Positions 1-12,347 of a DNA stretch of 63,816 nucleotides are shown piece after piece (within the stretch, counting starts at the first letter, position 1; every line of letters starts with the position of its first letter). The notes under the pieces are model-generated. The model ran no database searches and had not been told where the DNA came from. It saw only the letters and a list, made by a program, of their open reading frames with translations. The translations under genes were made by a program, and so were the position numbers. The stretch is from Leucoraja erinacea (Eukaryota): positions 25,358,001 to 25,421,816 of the forward strand of contig NC_073381.1 in NCBI RefSeq assembly GCF_028641065.1, written 5' to 3'.

Positions 1-4
1 GGGT

Positions 5-643
5 TTAAGGAAGTTTGTGCCCTGGATTTTGATTGTCTATTCCGTCACGAGCTCCGCGATGTGCATCTAAGGTATTGGGATCGTAAGAGGAATAAGGTGG
101 TGGATGTGAATTCCTAATTCTAACACTCTCCCAATCTTCTAAATAATCATCATCATCCCCCTCGTAATCAGTGCTAACCATCGGATCCTCACACTTAAAA
201 CTTATGGATGACAGTCTTTCTGTGAAAGATTTCCTTCTCCCTTTATCTTTAATACTCTCAGGCTCTTGCCTTAGGCTACGTGGAGGTTCAAATGTTTCAG
301 TGTCTTCTAATTTTATCCCCCGCTTGCTTCCCGAGTTGCTTCCTTCCAACGCCTTTCTTTCCTCCGCTCAACTCGCTTTCTGTTCCTCATAATAATTTCT
401 CCACAATTCAATAAGTTCCTTTGCCTCTGTATTATCGCTGCATTGCCATATAATCTGCTCAATGAATTTCAATCCCTTTACTGTATCTATGCCCCCTCTG
501 GGCCATAATTCACTCCCTAATTCTATATTTAATGATCCGGAAAGAATTCTCAATCTGTTAGCTTTTTGTGGAAATTCACTGCATATTTCTTGTAAAGGAC
601 TTTCCGAGTCAGCGGATGTATCTTTATTTGCATCGTTCCCCAT
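5..643 (-). pseudogene. gag: Endogenous retrovirus gag N-terminal region (matrix plus late domain), interrupted by an in-frame stop
   Basis: ATG at 643 gives MGNDANK (N-terminal Gly, myristoylation-like), followed by ...ELWPRGG..., a WPxGG matrix motif typical of gamma/epsilon-like Gag. ORFs 368-691 and 5-349 share one frame, separated by a single TGA at 370-368. The second part contains a PPPY late-domain motif. The element continues off the left edge of the window. Confidence 0.7.
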
Positions 644-2136
644 TCTATTGGATATGGAAGTAACTTTCAAACTACCCGCATCTCTTAACAATTTCTCTTT
701 CTAATTTCAAAGTTACCAAAGTCATTTTAAGCAATATTCAAATCAAGATGCTCCAGGAAACAACCAACTACAATCACACACGTTCTCGCAGCCCATTTCC
801 TATCCCCGACCTTAGTCTAAACACATGCAAATGAACTCCAAACACATAAGCAAAATTGAACACAAAAAGGAAATTATTTCCACTTATTAAAAGTATACCT
901 AACCACGCACCTGCATAAATCACAAACATCCACTTATTACAACGGTAAATTACACTCTAATAAATCCTCCCCATGGCACAATCGGTCAGAGCATCTCCTC
1001 CCCCGACATAGTGATCGAAAGAGAATAAACCTTGATCAAACCACCACAAATTGGATTCTCACAATATTACAATCTAAACAATTACAAATATTTAATTCAA
1101 ACACACTTTTACTTAAATTATCTAACAACCAAAAATCCTTGAACACACACAAGCAGCAATACAATTGGCGGTCTGCAAACTTAACGCACTCTAAATCTTC
1201 TTTCTAAACCTTAATACACTCTAAATCTATTTACATACGCAAAGTATTTATACAATTCAGATCCGATAAAGATGCAAAAAAAAGATGCAATTTACTATAA
1301 TAATTTAACACGCTAGCGCAGTTTACAAACACTCGATCTCAATGCCGCGTCACGCTGTTATCAAACAGTGAACCTCTCCCTCTGATACCGAAGATTTTCC
1401 CCTTCTTAGATTACTCTTTGTTGAGGGGTACTACTCTTTAAATGACTACTTTTCATCCCGAATGTTACTATCCTTACGCCAAGACTGAACTTCTACAGGG
1501 GAACCTCTATCCCTCCTCTCTAAGTTCTACAGAATTAGGGGTACCCTTCGCATTCGGATTACTTTTCACCAAGTAAATCAGGTTCCCGTCTCTCAGTTAC
1601 TCTTCGCTATCAGGTACTAATCAACAATCGATCAGTTACTATTCACTGTTGATCAGCCGCTATTCGGAATCGATCATGAACATGCACAAACTCCAAACTA
1701 CTCAGAATTTGAATGATACCGTATGGGCAGAACTTCAATGTGAAATTCTGTATTTGGAAATTTGATTCTGCAAATCTAGACTCGTTCTTAGACCCCTAGT
1801 TTTGGTGTGTACCACTCCACATACGCGGGCTCTCTAATTCAAACTAAATTGCCCAATGAAATCTCGAATGGACTAGAGTATTCTCAGCCAATCTATACTC
1901 TAGCCACCGAGCCCAGTATCTTTACGAGATTCCTCGTCCATCACTCCAGGGAGGGACTCGGATATCTTCACGCAGACACCCCCCTCTGCTGGGCACTGAG
2001 GGTTCGGCGCCTAACCTCTTCACGCTGGCAGTCGATGCCGATTTTCAGAACGCACCTTTCCAATCAGTGCTCCCGGCAAAGAAAGATCAATACGTAGACC
2101 AGACCCGTGTTTGAATACCCCACCAATTGGACACCA

Positions 2137-2936
2137 AATCTGGACAGTGGGCCACCCCTCGCCCAATGAAGTACATCAGTCTCTCGTTAAAGCAGCTGTA
2201 GTCTGCCAACTACTACCAAGTTTTGGGCCACTCCACGGCCTATTTTATGGGTCCCCAACCCAAAGGGGTGCATCTAAACTTTATTTTGACCAAACACAAT
2301 TACAGTTCCAACTACTGTACCTAACCACCGCGGGTTTGATCCTCGTATCTACCTGATCAAGCCCTCTTGGCCTCACTCAAACAGAGACAGGCAGTCCTAA
2401 GTGCTCTCCCAGAAGATCGACACAGGACCTTGTGGTAACGGACTTTTATAAGTCCACGGACCTCGAGGGGCCGAAGCACATGGGGGTGATCTCTTTACAA
2501 TACAATAACAGATATGGATTAACCCCATACATGACAGACATTTCCCTAACCCAATAATCCAGTGGCTAATACATTGTATTTGAGAGAAAGTTATAGAAGG
2601 AAGCAAACAAGAATAAACATTGAAACATGTGCCCTGAGATTCAAACAGTTTCTCCAAGGCTCAACAGTTCGACCAATCATCGATTAACAGGATGATCGTC
2701 TCGCAACATTAGTTAAACTAATTACAATGCTTTTGTGGCGATCCAGTTGAAATGATGCATTTAAAGTTCGTTTGCAAAATTGGTCTACATTTTATCAATT
2801 TAAGAGAAACACCTGGACCCCTCCCCATCCTGCATACCAGTCTGAGCCTAGACTGGCTGGTGCCAATCAAAGCCTGTAAAGTTCAGCTGACGAGGGTTAA
2901 GCAATTCTGACAAGTGCTGGGATTCTCCATTTTATA
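2137..2936 (-). mobile_element. Putative 5' LTR of the ERV (boundaries approximate)
   Basis: On the minus strand: candidate start TATAAAATGGAG at 2936, TATAAAA box at 2450-2444, AATAAA at 2285-2280. Degenerate PBS candidates are TGGTGTC at 2136 (tRNA-Leu-like) and TGGTAGTAGTTGGCAG at 2218 (tRNA-Ser-like). It lies upstream of gag in the correct orientation. Confidence 0.55.
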
Positions 2937-4391
2937 GTGCCTTTAATTTGGCCAATATTAACATTGGCTTGTCAGATAATTAGTCTCTGTAAATTGACCT
3001 TAGAGTGTGGGCGAGAGGTAGTATCTGGGGGTAGTTGGTGGGAATTCGAGAGAATTAAAGAAAAAAATTACTGTATGGTAAATGTAGATAGGTGGTTGGT
3101 GGTCGACGTGGATTCATTGGGCTGAGTGCCTGTTTTGTAGTGTCCATCTAGTTTGTGCTGAAAACCATGCGCCATCTACACCAATCCCATTTTGTACTTC
3201 CTACATTCCCATCAATTCCTTTTAGGTTCTATCACGTTCGTGGCAATTTGCAGTAGCCAATTTATCTACCAGCCCTCATGTTTTTTGGTAAGTGGGATGA
3301 AAATAGAACACCCAGGGGAAGCCCATGAAATCACTGGGAAAATGTTCAAACTCCACGCACATAGCACTGGAGATGAGCTTTGAACTTGTGTCACTGGAGC
3401 TGTGAGGCCACCCTTGTCCAAAAATCACCTCATCCAATCCTTGAATATATTCAATGACTGAGCAAAAATGCCCTCCCTCTTGGGTAGAGAATGATAAGAA
3501 GTCAGAATTGAGGAGCACGAGTTGACTGGAAGATAGGTCCACAATCTTCCTGGCTTAATGCTGGCTCTCTTCCTGGCTTAACACATGAAGAAAGGTTGTG
3601 GTGTTTTCTGGTTAAGTGGTTGGTGCTTTCTGGTTAAGTGGTTAAATTTTTCTGGTTTTGGAAAGCTTGAGTGAGCGCAGTCTGGGATTTTGCAAAAGGT
3701 TGGGGAATGTCAAATTTACTTATCTTGTTGATAGGGTACCCTTAAAGGCCAATGGAAGATAGATTGTTCTTGAATTATATCATTCGGAAGGGGCAAGTTA
3801 AGTGTCCATTGTCAATACTGCTGATTTATTGATTTTATTCTCTTGCCGACTCGTATAATTTACATTTAAAAAACATTTAAAATATGTAGTTAAGTCACAC
3901 ACACAAAATCAAAGCATTTACTGACATAACATAAATGTTTAATGTTTAAATCATTCACATTTGGAACATAATAGTATATGTGTTCCAAAGAGAGTAACTT
4001 CTGACAATTTGTCTGTATGTGGACATCCATTGTGGAGAAGGGCTATCAAAGAAGCACAGTAAGATAATGAAGACTCTCAGATTTAGCTAAGAGGAACAAA
4101 AAAAGGCAGTCAATTTTCCCATGCATGGCCTCAGCGCAGGTAGGCAATTAGGAGTATTGTAGATGAACATATGTGGAAGCTGTGCTTTGATATAGAGAGT
4201 TTTTAGTTTCCATGGTGACTGCTCATTGATTAGTTGTAATGGTGCTCAGAGTTATTTCATCCTGTCTCACACTCTCCTGAGTATGTGAGTTGCCTCAATC
4301 TGACAGCAGGGAAAATCCATCTTCTCTGTCCTCCAAGGCAAGGGGTATAATGGAAGCAGCCATTATATAAGTGGGTAGATTTTATGTATTA

Positions 4392-4456
4392 CTAGACCAA
4401 GTGCAGACCCATTGGGTCTGTTCCCCCAATGCTAGTTTGTGGGGCGGCATGCTGCG
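4392..4456 (-). mobile_element. Helitron 3' terminus (remainder lost in assembly gap/low-complexity DNA)
   Basis: a|CTAGACCAAGTGCAGACCCATTGGGTCTG is the reverse complement of the hairpin+CTAG|T end seen at 59445-59475. Confidence 0.65.
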
Positions 4457-4648
4457 NNNNNNNNNNNNNNNNNNNNNNNNNNNNNNNNNNNNNNNNNNNN
4501 NNNNNNNNNNNNNNNNNNNNNNNNNNNNNNNNNNNNNNNNNNNNNNNNNNNNNNNNNNNNNNNNNNNNNNNNNNNNNNNNNNNNNNNNNNNNNNNNNNNN
4601 NNNNNNNNNNNNNNNNNNNNNNNNNNNNNNNNNNNNNNNNNNNNNNNN
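4457..4648. other. Assembly gap (further gaps at 48325-48515 and 50670-50799)
   Basis: Runs of N. Confidence 1.
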
Positions 4649-4740
4649 GATATTATATTAGGGGATATTATTAATTTGCTCCTTTTACCCCATAACCCTA
4701 TCCACTGACGCATAGCCCCCAACTCGGTGGGCACGTCTAG

Positions 4741-5295
4741 AGAGGGTGGGGGGGGGGGGGGGCAGAGAGTGAGGGAGGAGAGAGAGAGAATGGGGAGAGA
4801 GGCAGAGACAGAAGGGCAAGAGACAGAGGAGAGGAGAGGCGGGGCGGAGAGGGGGGCTGAGAGAGGGGGGAAGGGAAGGGAAGGACCACCAGCGTGACAG
4901 AGGGGGAGAGGGGGAGAGGGGCAGATGGGGCCTCCCCGGAGAGAGGAGGGGTGAGAGAGAGGGAGGGAGAGGGAAAGAGAGAGATAGAGATAGGGAAAGA
5001 GATAGAGGGAGTGAGAGGGAAAGAGAGAGATAGAGATAGGGAAAGAGATAGAGGGAGGGAGAGGGAGAGAGAGAGATAGAGTGAGGGAGAGAGAGAGAGG
5101 ACAGTGAGAGAGGGAGAGCGAGGAGAGGAGAGAGGGGGAGAGAGAGAGAGAGAGATGGGAGAGAGAGAGAGAGGGGGAGCGAGGGGGAGGGGGGGGGAGG
5201 GGGCGGGGGGGGGGGGGGGAGGGGGGGAGAGAGAAAGGCATGGGGTGGAAGGGAGGGACGGATGGGGAGAGAGAAATTAGAGGGGAGAGAGCGAG
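4741..5295. repeat. GA-rich low-complexity / (GA)n tract
   Basis: Polypurine run with GAGA and G tracts. Confidence 0.95.
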
Positions 5296-5319
5296 CATAC
5301 ATACACCGGCACTACTCCA

Positions 5320-5507
5320 CACACAAGAGACAATTTACTGAAGCCAATTAAACTCCAAACTTGTACGTCTTTGGAATGTGGGAGGAAATTGGAGCACGCG
5401 GAGAAAACTGACGTGGTCACAGGGAGATTATGGAAACTCCATGCAGTCAGCACCCTAAGCCAACATCGAACCAGGATCTCTGGCGCTGTACAGCAGCGGC
5501 TCTACTG
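5320..5507 (-). mobile_element. tRNA-derived V-SINE (HE1-like) fragment
   Basis: Reverse complement of the SINE at 33300-33558 (gacaattta...aagccaatta...tctttggaatgtggg...ctggcgctgta). Confidence 0.8.
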
Positions 5508-6024
5508 CCTATATAATATAAGAATAAATTATTCTTATAATTGTATCGAGAAGAGGAACTGCTCCACTGAAGGCACTTTGTAACCTGCACCTGGACCTTA
5601 ATCGTAATTTCTGAGTTCGGAAGCTACACCATTCAAATAAGATATTGAGGAAAACTCCACCAAACGAAATGAAAGATGTCGGGCAAACCCTTGGTAATTT
5701 GGTTAACAAGAGTAAAATAATCTTAACTTGAGGACCCTGTGACATGGAAAATATGAGAGTTCCCTGCCATTCATATTGCAATTAACTTTTATATGCTGCA
5801 CATTAAAAGTTTTTTTCTTTAAAAAAAAATTAAACAAATATTGAAGATTTTATTTTTGCACTATGCTGTATTGGATTTTCCCATAGTTATCTTTTACAGC
5901 TGCAAGCTCCCAGCTGACATTTTTCAAACAGGATGTTATTTATTGGTCATACTTACAACTTTTCTCTCTTGATTTGCTGAGCCGATTCTTTGGGCAGGCT
6001 ATATCAACCAGTCAACTTAAAAAA

Positions 6025-6129
6025 AACTGTCAAACATTGGTAAACAAGAGCAGCAATAAAGTTTATCTGTACGATGGGAGAACAAGCTGAGGATGATTCC
6101 TTGCGCACTGCTCTGTGTTCCATCATAAG
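6025..6129 (+). promoter_or_regulatory. Candidate COLEC11 promoter and non-coding exon 1
   Basis: Strong donor AAG|GTAAGA at 6129/6130 in unique sequence 1.5 kb upstream of the first coding exon. Forkhead-like sites (GTAAACAA, TCAAACA) lie just upstream. The first coding exon has an acceptor before its ATG, so an upstream exon is required. Confidence 0.4.
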
Positions 6130-7256
6130 GTAAGAGGAATTTGAATCTGGTTTTAGTTCCATTCTTAGTTTAAAAACCTGCAATATTACTTTCCAAATGA
6201 CAGTCCTTGCTCCCAGCTGCTAAAATACAAGGAGCTCAGCAAATCAACTGAGTTATTTCAGTTGCTAAAGATCTGTATCGGAGTGCATGGTAACTCTTAA
6301 AATGCTTCGGAATTTTGATCAGTTGAAGAAGCATCAGCTGCGGGCCATTAATTGACCGGTGATAGCCTTAATCTTTTTTCACGACCTGTAGAATTATTTT
6401 GCCGACTAATGGAATTTGTTGATCTGATCTCAGATCAGTAAAATGTTATTCTGATTTGCATCATGTAGCTAAATTATTTCTTTTGCCCCATTGCTACTCA
6501 CTGAACTTTTGAAGTGGAGTGAAAGTTTGTTTTTTGCAGAGCTGTTGTATTGCTTACATTTAGCAGTTATCATTAATCTATTAATGCTGTTTGCTAGCTA
6601 GTTGGAGGATATGCTTCTTTTTAAATTCGACATGAATAAAGAATTCCATTGTGCAAGCCATAAGTTGATATGTTAAGGTCAGGGAAAATTCAGAGTAGTT
6701 TTTAGCCTCTGGAAATTCCTCACAGACTCTCCTGTGGGACCTACTCTTGGGTGGCGTGGAGCTTCTGTTCATGTTGTGCAGATGCACATAGCATTGGGTA
6801 GAGGTCAGTGGGAGGCTTGGGGGAGGGGGGCTGGCTAAATGTGTAACTGGCGGGAACTCTGGTAGATGACATCATCTCTCCAGCCCTTTCTCATGCTGTC
6901 ACATCTCCCTCCGATGGGGCCATGCACAGGGAGTAAACACAATCATCTATTCCGTAAAGTTGATCGAAAAGATGGGAACAAAGACCCTGACTAAACTGAG
7001 CCACAATTTCTTCCTCCAACCACACTTACTATCATAATCCAGAATACCAGGACCTGAGTAATTTCAAACTTGAAAAGCAAAAGCTTGATTGAAGGAATAA
7101 CCAAAACAATGAGGTTGATTTGGGAGATGGCCACGGGTGGGGAGGGTGAGTTTGGGTGTTTTCAGGAAAATTAAGGAATGCAGAAGATGGAATGGTTTGT
7201 TTTATTTTTAATACATAGAGGGTGAAGGCAGAAGAGTAGGGAAGATTCTAACTAAT

Positions 7257-7563
7257 TTGAAGATTCAAACAAGGGGACATGACATGAGAATTAAGGGACT
7301 GAAGTTTAGGGGTAACATGAGGGGGAACTTCTTTACTCAAAGAGTGGTAGCTGTGTGGAATGAGCTTCCAGTGAAGGTGGTGGAGGCAGGTTCGTTTTTA
7401 TCACTTAAAAATAAATTGGATAGTTATATGGATGGGAAGGGAATGGAGGGTTATGGTCTGAGCGCAGATATGGGGACTAGGGGAGATTATGTGTTCGGCA
7501 CGGACTAGAAGGGTCGAGATGGCCTGTTTCCGTGCTGTAATTGTTATATGTTATTTGGTTATA
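7257..7563 (+). mobile_element. CR1 (HER1-like) LINE 3' fragment
   Basis: Encodes TRGH...FFTQRVV..WNELP, followed by a (GTTATAT)n-like tail; near-identical to 12808-13110. Confidence 0.9.
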
Positions 7564-7701
7564 GAAGGTGGTTTCAGGGTGGTTTTAAACATTGCTGGTA
7601 CTTAAGGAGTCAAGAATGTGTTTATTTCATCTCAGCACTGTGATGGTTATTTACAAAAGGAATTTCTGCTTTCAGGAGTCAATGAACTTCGTGTGGACAT
7701 T

Positions 7702-7831
7702 ATGAACAGCGGACTATTTTTACTGGTGTTGCTAATTGGACTGCTGGTCCTGTCCTTGCTCAGATCTGGAGAATCTCAACACATAGCAGATGAATCATGC
7801 TCAGTACAAATCCTTGTCCCTGGTCTGAAAG
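7702..7831 (+). CDS. COLEC11: Collectin-11 coding exon 1 (signal peptide, N-terminal Cys segment); exon begins at 7676
   Basis: ttcag acceptor at 7675. Encodes [44 protein letters not shown], then a GT donor at 7832. 130 nt. [12 protein letters not shown] is the COLEC11 signature. Confidence 0.95.
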
Positions 7832-8438
7832 GTATATTCAGTTTGAATCTTTGTGATTTGAAAATTATTGCGGACTGCTTACTATTAACGATGCATATGT
7901 TATTATCACATTAAATCATGGTAGTACTATTCTTTGCAACTTATTGGGTGTAAAATATAAATTACTGTATATGGGTTACTCCATGGTACAGCATGGATGG
8001 AAATGATCAGAATGCATGTTGAGTGAATCCAATGCCCATTAGTGAACTAAACACAACAGTTCCTCATCTGTGCTGAATTAATTGATCTTGAACAAAACAC
8101 CAGTGGAATTAGTTAGATTCTGCAGCCCACTTCTGATCACTATCCAATGAGTCCTGCTGAAAGGGGGGTGGATGATGACTAAAATGAATTCAACTGTGAG
8201 GCCGTGTGAAATTGAACAGCCTGCTGATATTGGGGTCAGATCCTTGGGCAAGATAATGGAGTTCCATTTGACCAACACGTCAACATCTTCAGGTAAAAGA
8301 AAATGGAGGAAGTGGATTAAAATATGCTCCGCTGAAATGTTTATTTAGTGTCATGTTCATGCAACGGTGTAGTACAAAAACATCAAATGCAAATTACAAT
8401 ACTAACAGAAAGGCAAGTTCTGTGTGGAGATGCCTTGT

Positions 8439-8658
8439 TAGAAACATGGAAAATAGGTGCAGGAGTAGGCCATTCGGCCCTTTGAGCCTGCACCGCCATT
8501 CAATATGATCATGGCTGATCATCCAACTCAGTATCCTGTACCTGCCTTCTCTCCATACCCCCTGATCCATTTAGCCACAAGGGCCACATCTAACTCCCTC
8601 TTAAATATAGCCAATGAACTGGCCTCAACTACCTTCTGTGGCAGAGAATTCCACAGAT
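8439..8658 (-). mobile_element. CR1 LINE 3' fragment
   Basis: Contains tagaaacat...aggtgcaggagtaggccattcggccc, shared with many copies in the window. Confidence 0.9.
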
Positions 8659-10632
8659 TGGCAGATAATTCCACAGATTACAATTGCTTAGTTTAGACCT
8701 TCTTGCAGAACTTTAACATTGTCTCAAAGTCCATTATGTGCCTTAAGTAACGTCAGAAGCATGAAGCCTGTTGCAGCCTAGAACTCTGCATGCATATTCA
8801 GATATACGAAACAGACTAATGGTATGTGTTCTATGACTGTGCACACATGCTTGACTGGGTGTGAAGTATGTGAAAAGTTTAATTTGCTGGCACAACTAAG
8901 AAAGGTCAGATTTTACCCCCAATCCACATATAGTAAGAATTGTCAACATGTCAGCTAAAAGTTGCATTAATGTGTCAAAGAGCAGCACAGTGATATATTC
9001 ACTTTGATGCTATTGCATTAGCTACCATTAAACTGGCAAATGATTCTGAGATCCTATTAGCTGAGCAGAAGAGTAGAGACAGCTTCTGGCAGTAAATACA
9101 TAGTTGATAAGGTAGTTATTGCTGTCTTATAATTATTTAAGTATGTGTTACGTAAAACCATTTATTTCGGTCATTCTTTATCTGAATGTTTGCACAATAA
9201 TTAGAATACAATAAATCAGTACAAGAATCTGAAATCTATTTGGTCATTGAAAATGTCATTGTCCTAGTGATGCTGCAGTTAGTCCAAGAATTACATGGAG
9301 ATAAAATTGAACACACCTATTCTTTGGATTGCTCTTCTTGTATCTCGTGAATTTGTCAGCTACTTTTGGGTGTTGTTCCATAGTGTCAGCTCGTTCTTTG
9401 GTTGGTTCATGGGTGAGCTCGGATGATGTGAGTTACCAGGCTGTTTTTCATGGTGAGGAAGGAGCTTAGCTACAGTCCTCATTTACCAGATTCATAATTA
9501 TGCAGCTAACATTTACTAAGTGCACTTAAGAGGGCTACTCTTTTTTTCTTAATTCTTGCTCCATTAGCACAAAGAAATGTGCAGACCATAGTAAACTGTG
9601 AGACAAGGTGGTGAGCGGGATAGATGATGAAAGGAAATTGACTGTGGTCCAGAAAATGTTACCTGGAGCTATTAAACAACAGATCAAGGGTATTGAATTT
9701 TAACATGACCATTGTGCGTTGGAACACATATGTGCATACAGCGTCTGTCAAAAATGTGCAAATATGTTTATTAATTATGTTCATTAAATGCACCCAATTA
9801 ATGAAAGCTGCTGAATGGTTAATCAACTAATAATTGCACCTTGAGTACAAAGATTATGGAACAAAATGAATGGTTTACCGTGCACTCCATATGGGCAATT
9901 GCATTCATGTGGGACATGCTCAACACTTACGATCTAGTCAGTTATGACGTAGTAATTCCAACATGGGTAAATGCAATGGCAGAAATATGTATTTATATAT
10001 TGCCTTTAAAGCAGTAGATAATTCACAGTATCATTTGACACAACTGCACAAGGGTAAATTCAAACAGATATCCAAAAGCTTGGACAGACGGGTACATTTT
10101 AAGGATTATTTTGCACGAGGGATAAGATTTAGAGAGAACATTTACTTCAAAAGATATAAATGCCATATCGTTATATTAACAATATTAATAATGTAGCGAG
10201 AAATTTCCTACTTGTTGATTAATTTATCAAATCTTATTTTTCTAAAATTCTTTTATCTAAAGAAAATTGATATTCTTAGTGAGAAGGTGGGTGAGTTTGT
10301 ATCCCAATGAAAGTTGGAACAGCTTCTCCGTGGCTGGAAGCACTTGTAGGGGTTGTGGAAACCATATTAGAGGTGGAAGGAAAGTGTTTAACACAGAAGG
10401 CAGACAACAGTTTTGCATGGTGCTGAGAGCATTGTCTTCAGTTACGCTACATGCACCGTTGGGAAAATAGTCAGCATAATCAAGGACCACTGACATCACG
10501 GTCATTCCCTCTTCTCTATTCTACCATTGGGCAGAAGATTTAAAAGCTTGAAAGCCCGTATCACCAGTCAGCTTCTTCCCTGCTGTTATCAGACTCTTGA
10601 TGGTTTAGGTTTATTATTGTCACATGTACTGA

Positions 10633-10920
10633 CATAGAAACATAGAAATTAGGTGCAGGAGTAGGCCATTCGGCCCTTCGAGCCTGTACCGCCATTCAAT
10701 ATGATCATGGCTGATCATCCAACTCAGTATCCTGTACCTGCCTTCTCTCCATACCCCCTGATCCCTTTAGCCACAAGGGCCACATCTAACTCCCTCTTAA
10801 ATATAGCTAATGAACTGGCCTCAACTACCTTTTGTGGCAGAGAATTCCACAGATTCACCACTCTCGGTGTGAAAAATGTTTTTCTCATCTCAGTCCTAAA
10901 AGATTTCCCCCTTATCCTTA
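10633..10920 (-). mobile_element. CR1 LINE 3' fragment nested in a Rex1/Babar tail
   Basis: Same family as 14527-15030; flanked by duplicated tactgacata. Confidence 0.85.
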
Positions 10921-10924
10921 TACT

Positions 10925-11690
10925 GACATATAGTGAGAAGGTTTATTTTGCATGCTATCCAAACTGATCAGATATATCATACATAGATACAATCAGTTCA
11001 AACTCAAGTACAATAGATAGAGCAACGGGAAAGATATTGAGTGCAGAATGTTGTTCTCTGCATTGTAGCGCATCAGTTCCTTAGACAAAGTCCGATGCCA
11101 TTGGTGAAACAAAAGATACACTATCTTATGAAATAACTGTTCAGAAGCCTGATAACAGAAGGGACTGTTCCTGAGTCTGGTGGTGCAAGCTTTCAAGTTT
11201 TAGTATCCAAAGCCAGAAGGGAGCAGGGAAAAGAAAGAATGCCCGGGTGGGACAATTCTCTGATTATGATGGCTGCTTTTTCGAGATGGCACGGTACAGA
11301 TGGAGTTAAAGGTGGGAAATCTGGTCAGTATGACGGCTGGGCTGCATCCACAAATTTGCAATTTATTGTGCCCTTGGGCAGAGCTAATCCTAAACAAAAC
11401 TGTGATGCATCCCTACAGTATGCATTCTATGCTGCATCTGTAGAAGTTTCTAAGTCACAGGAGACATGCTGAACTATTTCAGTCTCCTAAGGAAGTTGAT
11501 GCATTGGTGTGCCTTCTTGGCTGTCACATCAATGTGGTTGGTCCATGACAGATCATTGGTAACATTAGTGTCAAGCTACTTTCCACATTCACACCATTGA
11601 TGCTGACTGGAGCATGTACTCCTCCATGCTTCCTGCAGTCAGTCACCAGCTCCTTCATCTTCTTGACATTGAGGAAGAAGTTATTGGCCT
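10925..11690 (-). mobile_element. Degenerate Rex1/Babar LINE 3' fragment
   Basis: Minus-strand translation NVKKMKELVTDCRK..PVSING resembles the Rex1 RT C-terminus; the tail matches 16140-16380. Confidence 0.7.
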
Positions 11691-11849
11691 GAATGGACCT
11701 CTCATGAGCTAAGGATAGATTCCACTTGACCTTATTTGGGGCTTTGCACTTTTTCTTATCACCACTTTCATGACACCTGCAACCTTCACTCGACTTCCTT
11801 TCTCCCTGTGCACAACTTGCTGCACTCATGTATAATATTATTGCACTCG

Positions 11850-12050
11850 CGTAGAAACAAAGAACCGCAGATGCCGGTTAGTACACAAAAGAACACAAAA
11901 TGCTGGAGTAACTCAGCGGGTCAGGCAGCATCTATGGAGAATATGGATAGTGACTTTTCAGGGGGTCTTGACCCAAAAAGTCACCTAGCCATGTCCTCCA
12001 GAGATATTACCTGACCCGCTGAGTTACTTCAGCACTTTGTGTCCTTTTGA
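11850..12050. mobile_element. Palindromic Penelope-derived element
   Basis: Inverted arms gctggagtaactcagcgggtcaggc / cctgacccgctgagttacttcagc; attgcact on both sides. Confidence 0.75.
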
Positions 12051-12109
12051 GGATTGCACTTTGCGACGACCTTTTTCACTAACGTGGTACACAGGAAATA
12101 ATAACCCAA

Positions 12110-12337
12110 TGTAGCAACGCCTACTGGTGCACGCTGGTATCGAACCCGGCGTTCGGAAACCGCGGTCACGTGACTCGATGGGGGCGGCTTGTTTTCGCGT
12201 GGTTTTGCTTTCGCGCGGTTAGTTCAGCAATGACCACCGATGTGGCCAGACGTATCTAGAGAACCTGTTTACTGAAAAGTGAATTTTCGAATAAAAGTTT
12301 GTTTAAAACTTCAGTTGTCGTTCTTGAGACCACTAAA
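12110..12337 (+). mobile_element. Solo-LTR-like element with 4-bp TSD (CCAA)
   Basis: CCAA|TGTAG...AATAAA...CCACTAAA|CCAA; homologous to 62589-62763. Confidence 0.8.
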
Positions 12338-12347
12338 CCAATACCAT

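Noticed and set aside
4432-5322. Long Ser/Leu/Pro-rich ORFs
   Set aside because: Artefacts of GA-rich low-complexity DNA and N gaps.
8505-8696. Recurrent ORF MIMADHPTQYPVPAFSPYP (also at 10701, 14596, 17829, 20762, 39789, 53761) as a gene family
   Set aside because: It is the antisense reading of the CR1 LINE 3' end.
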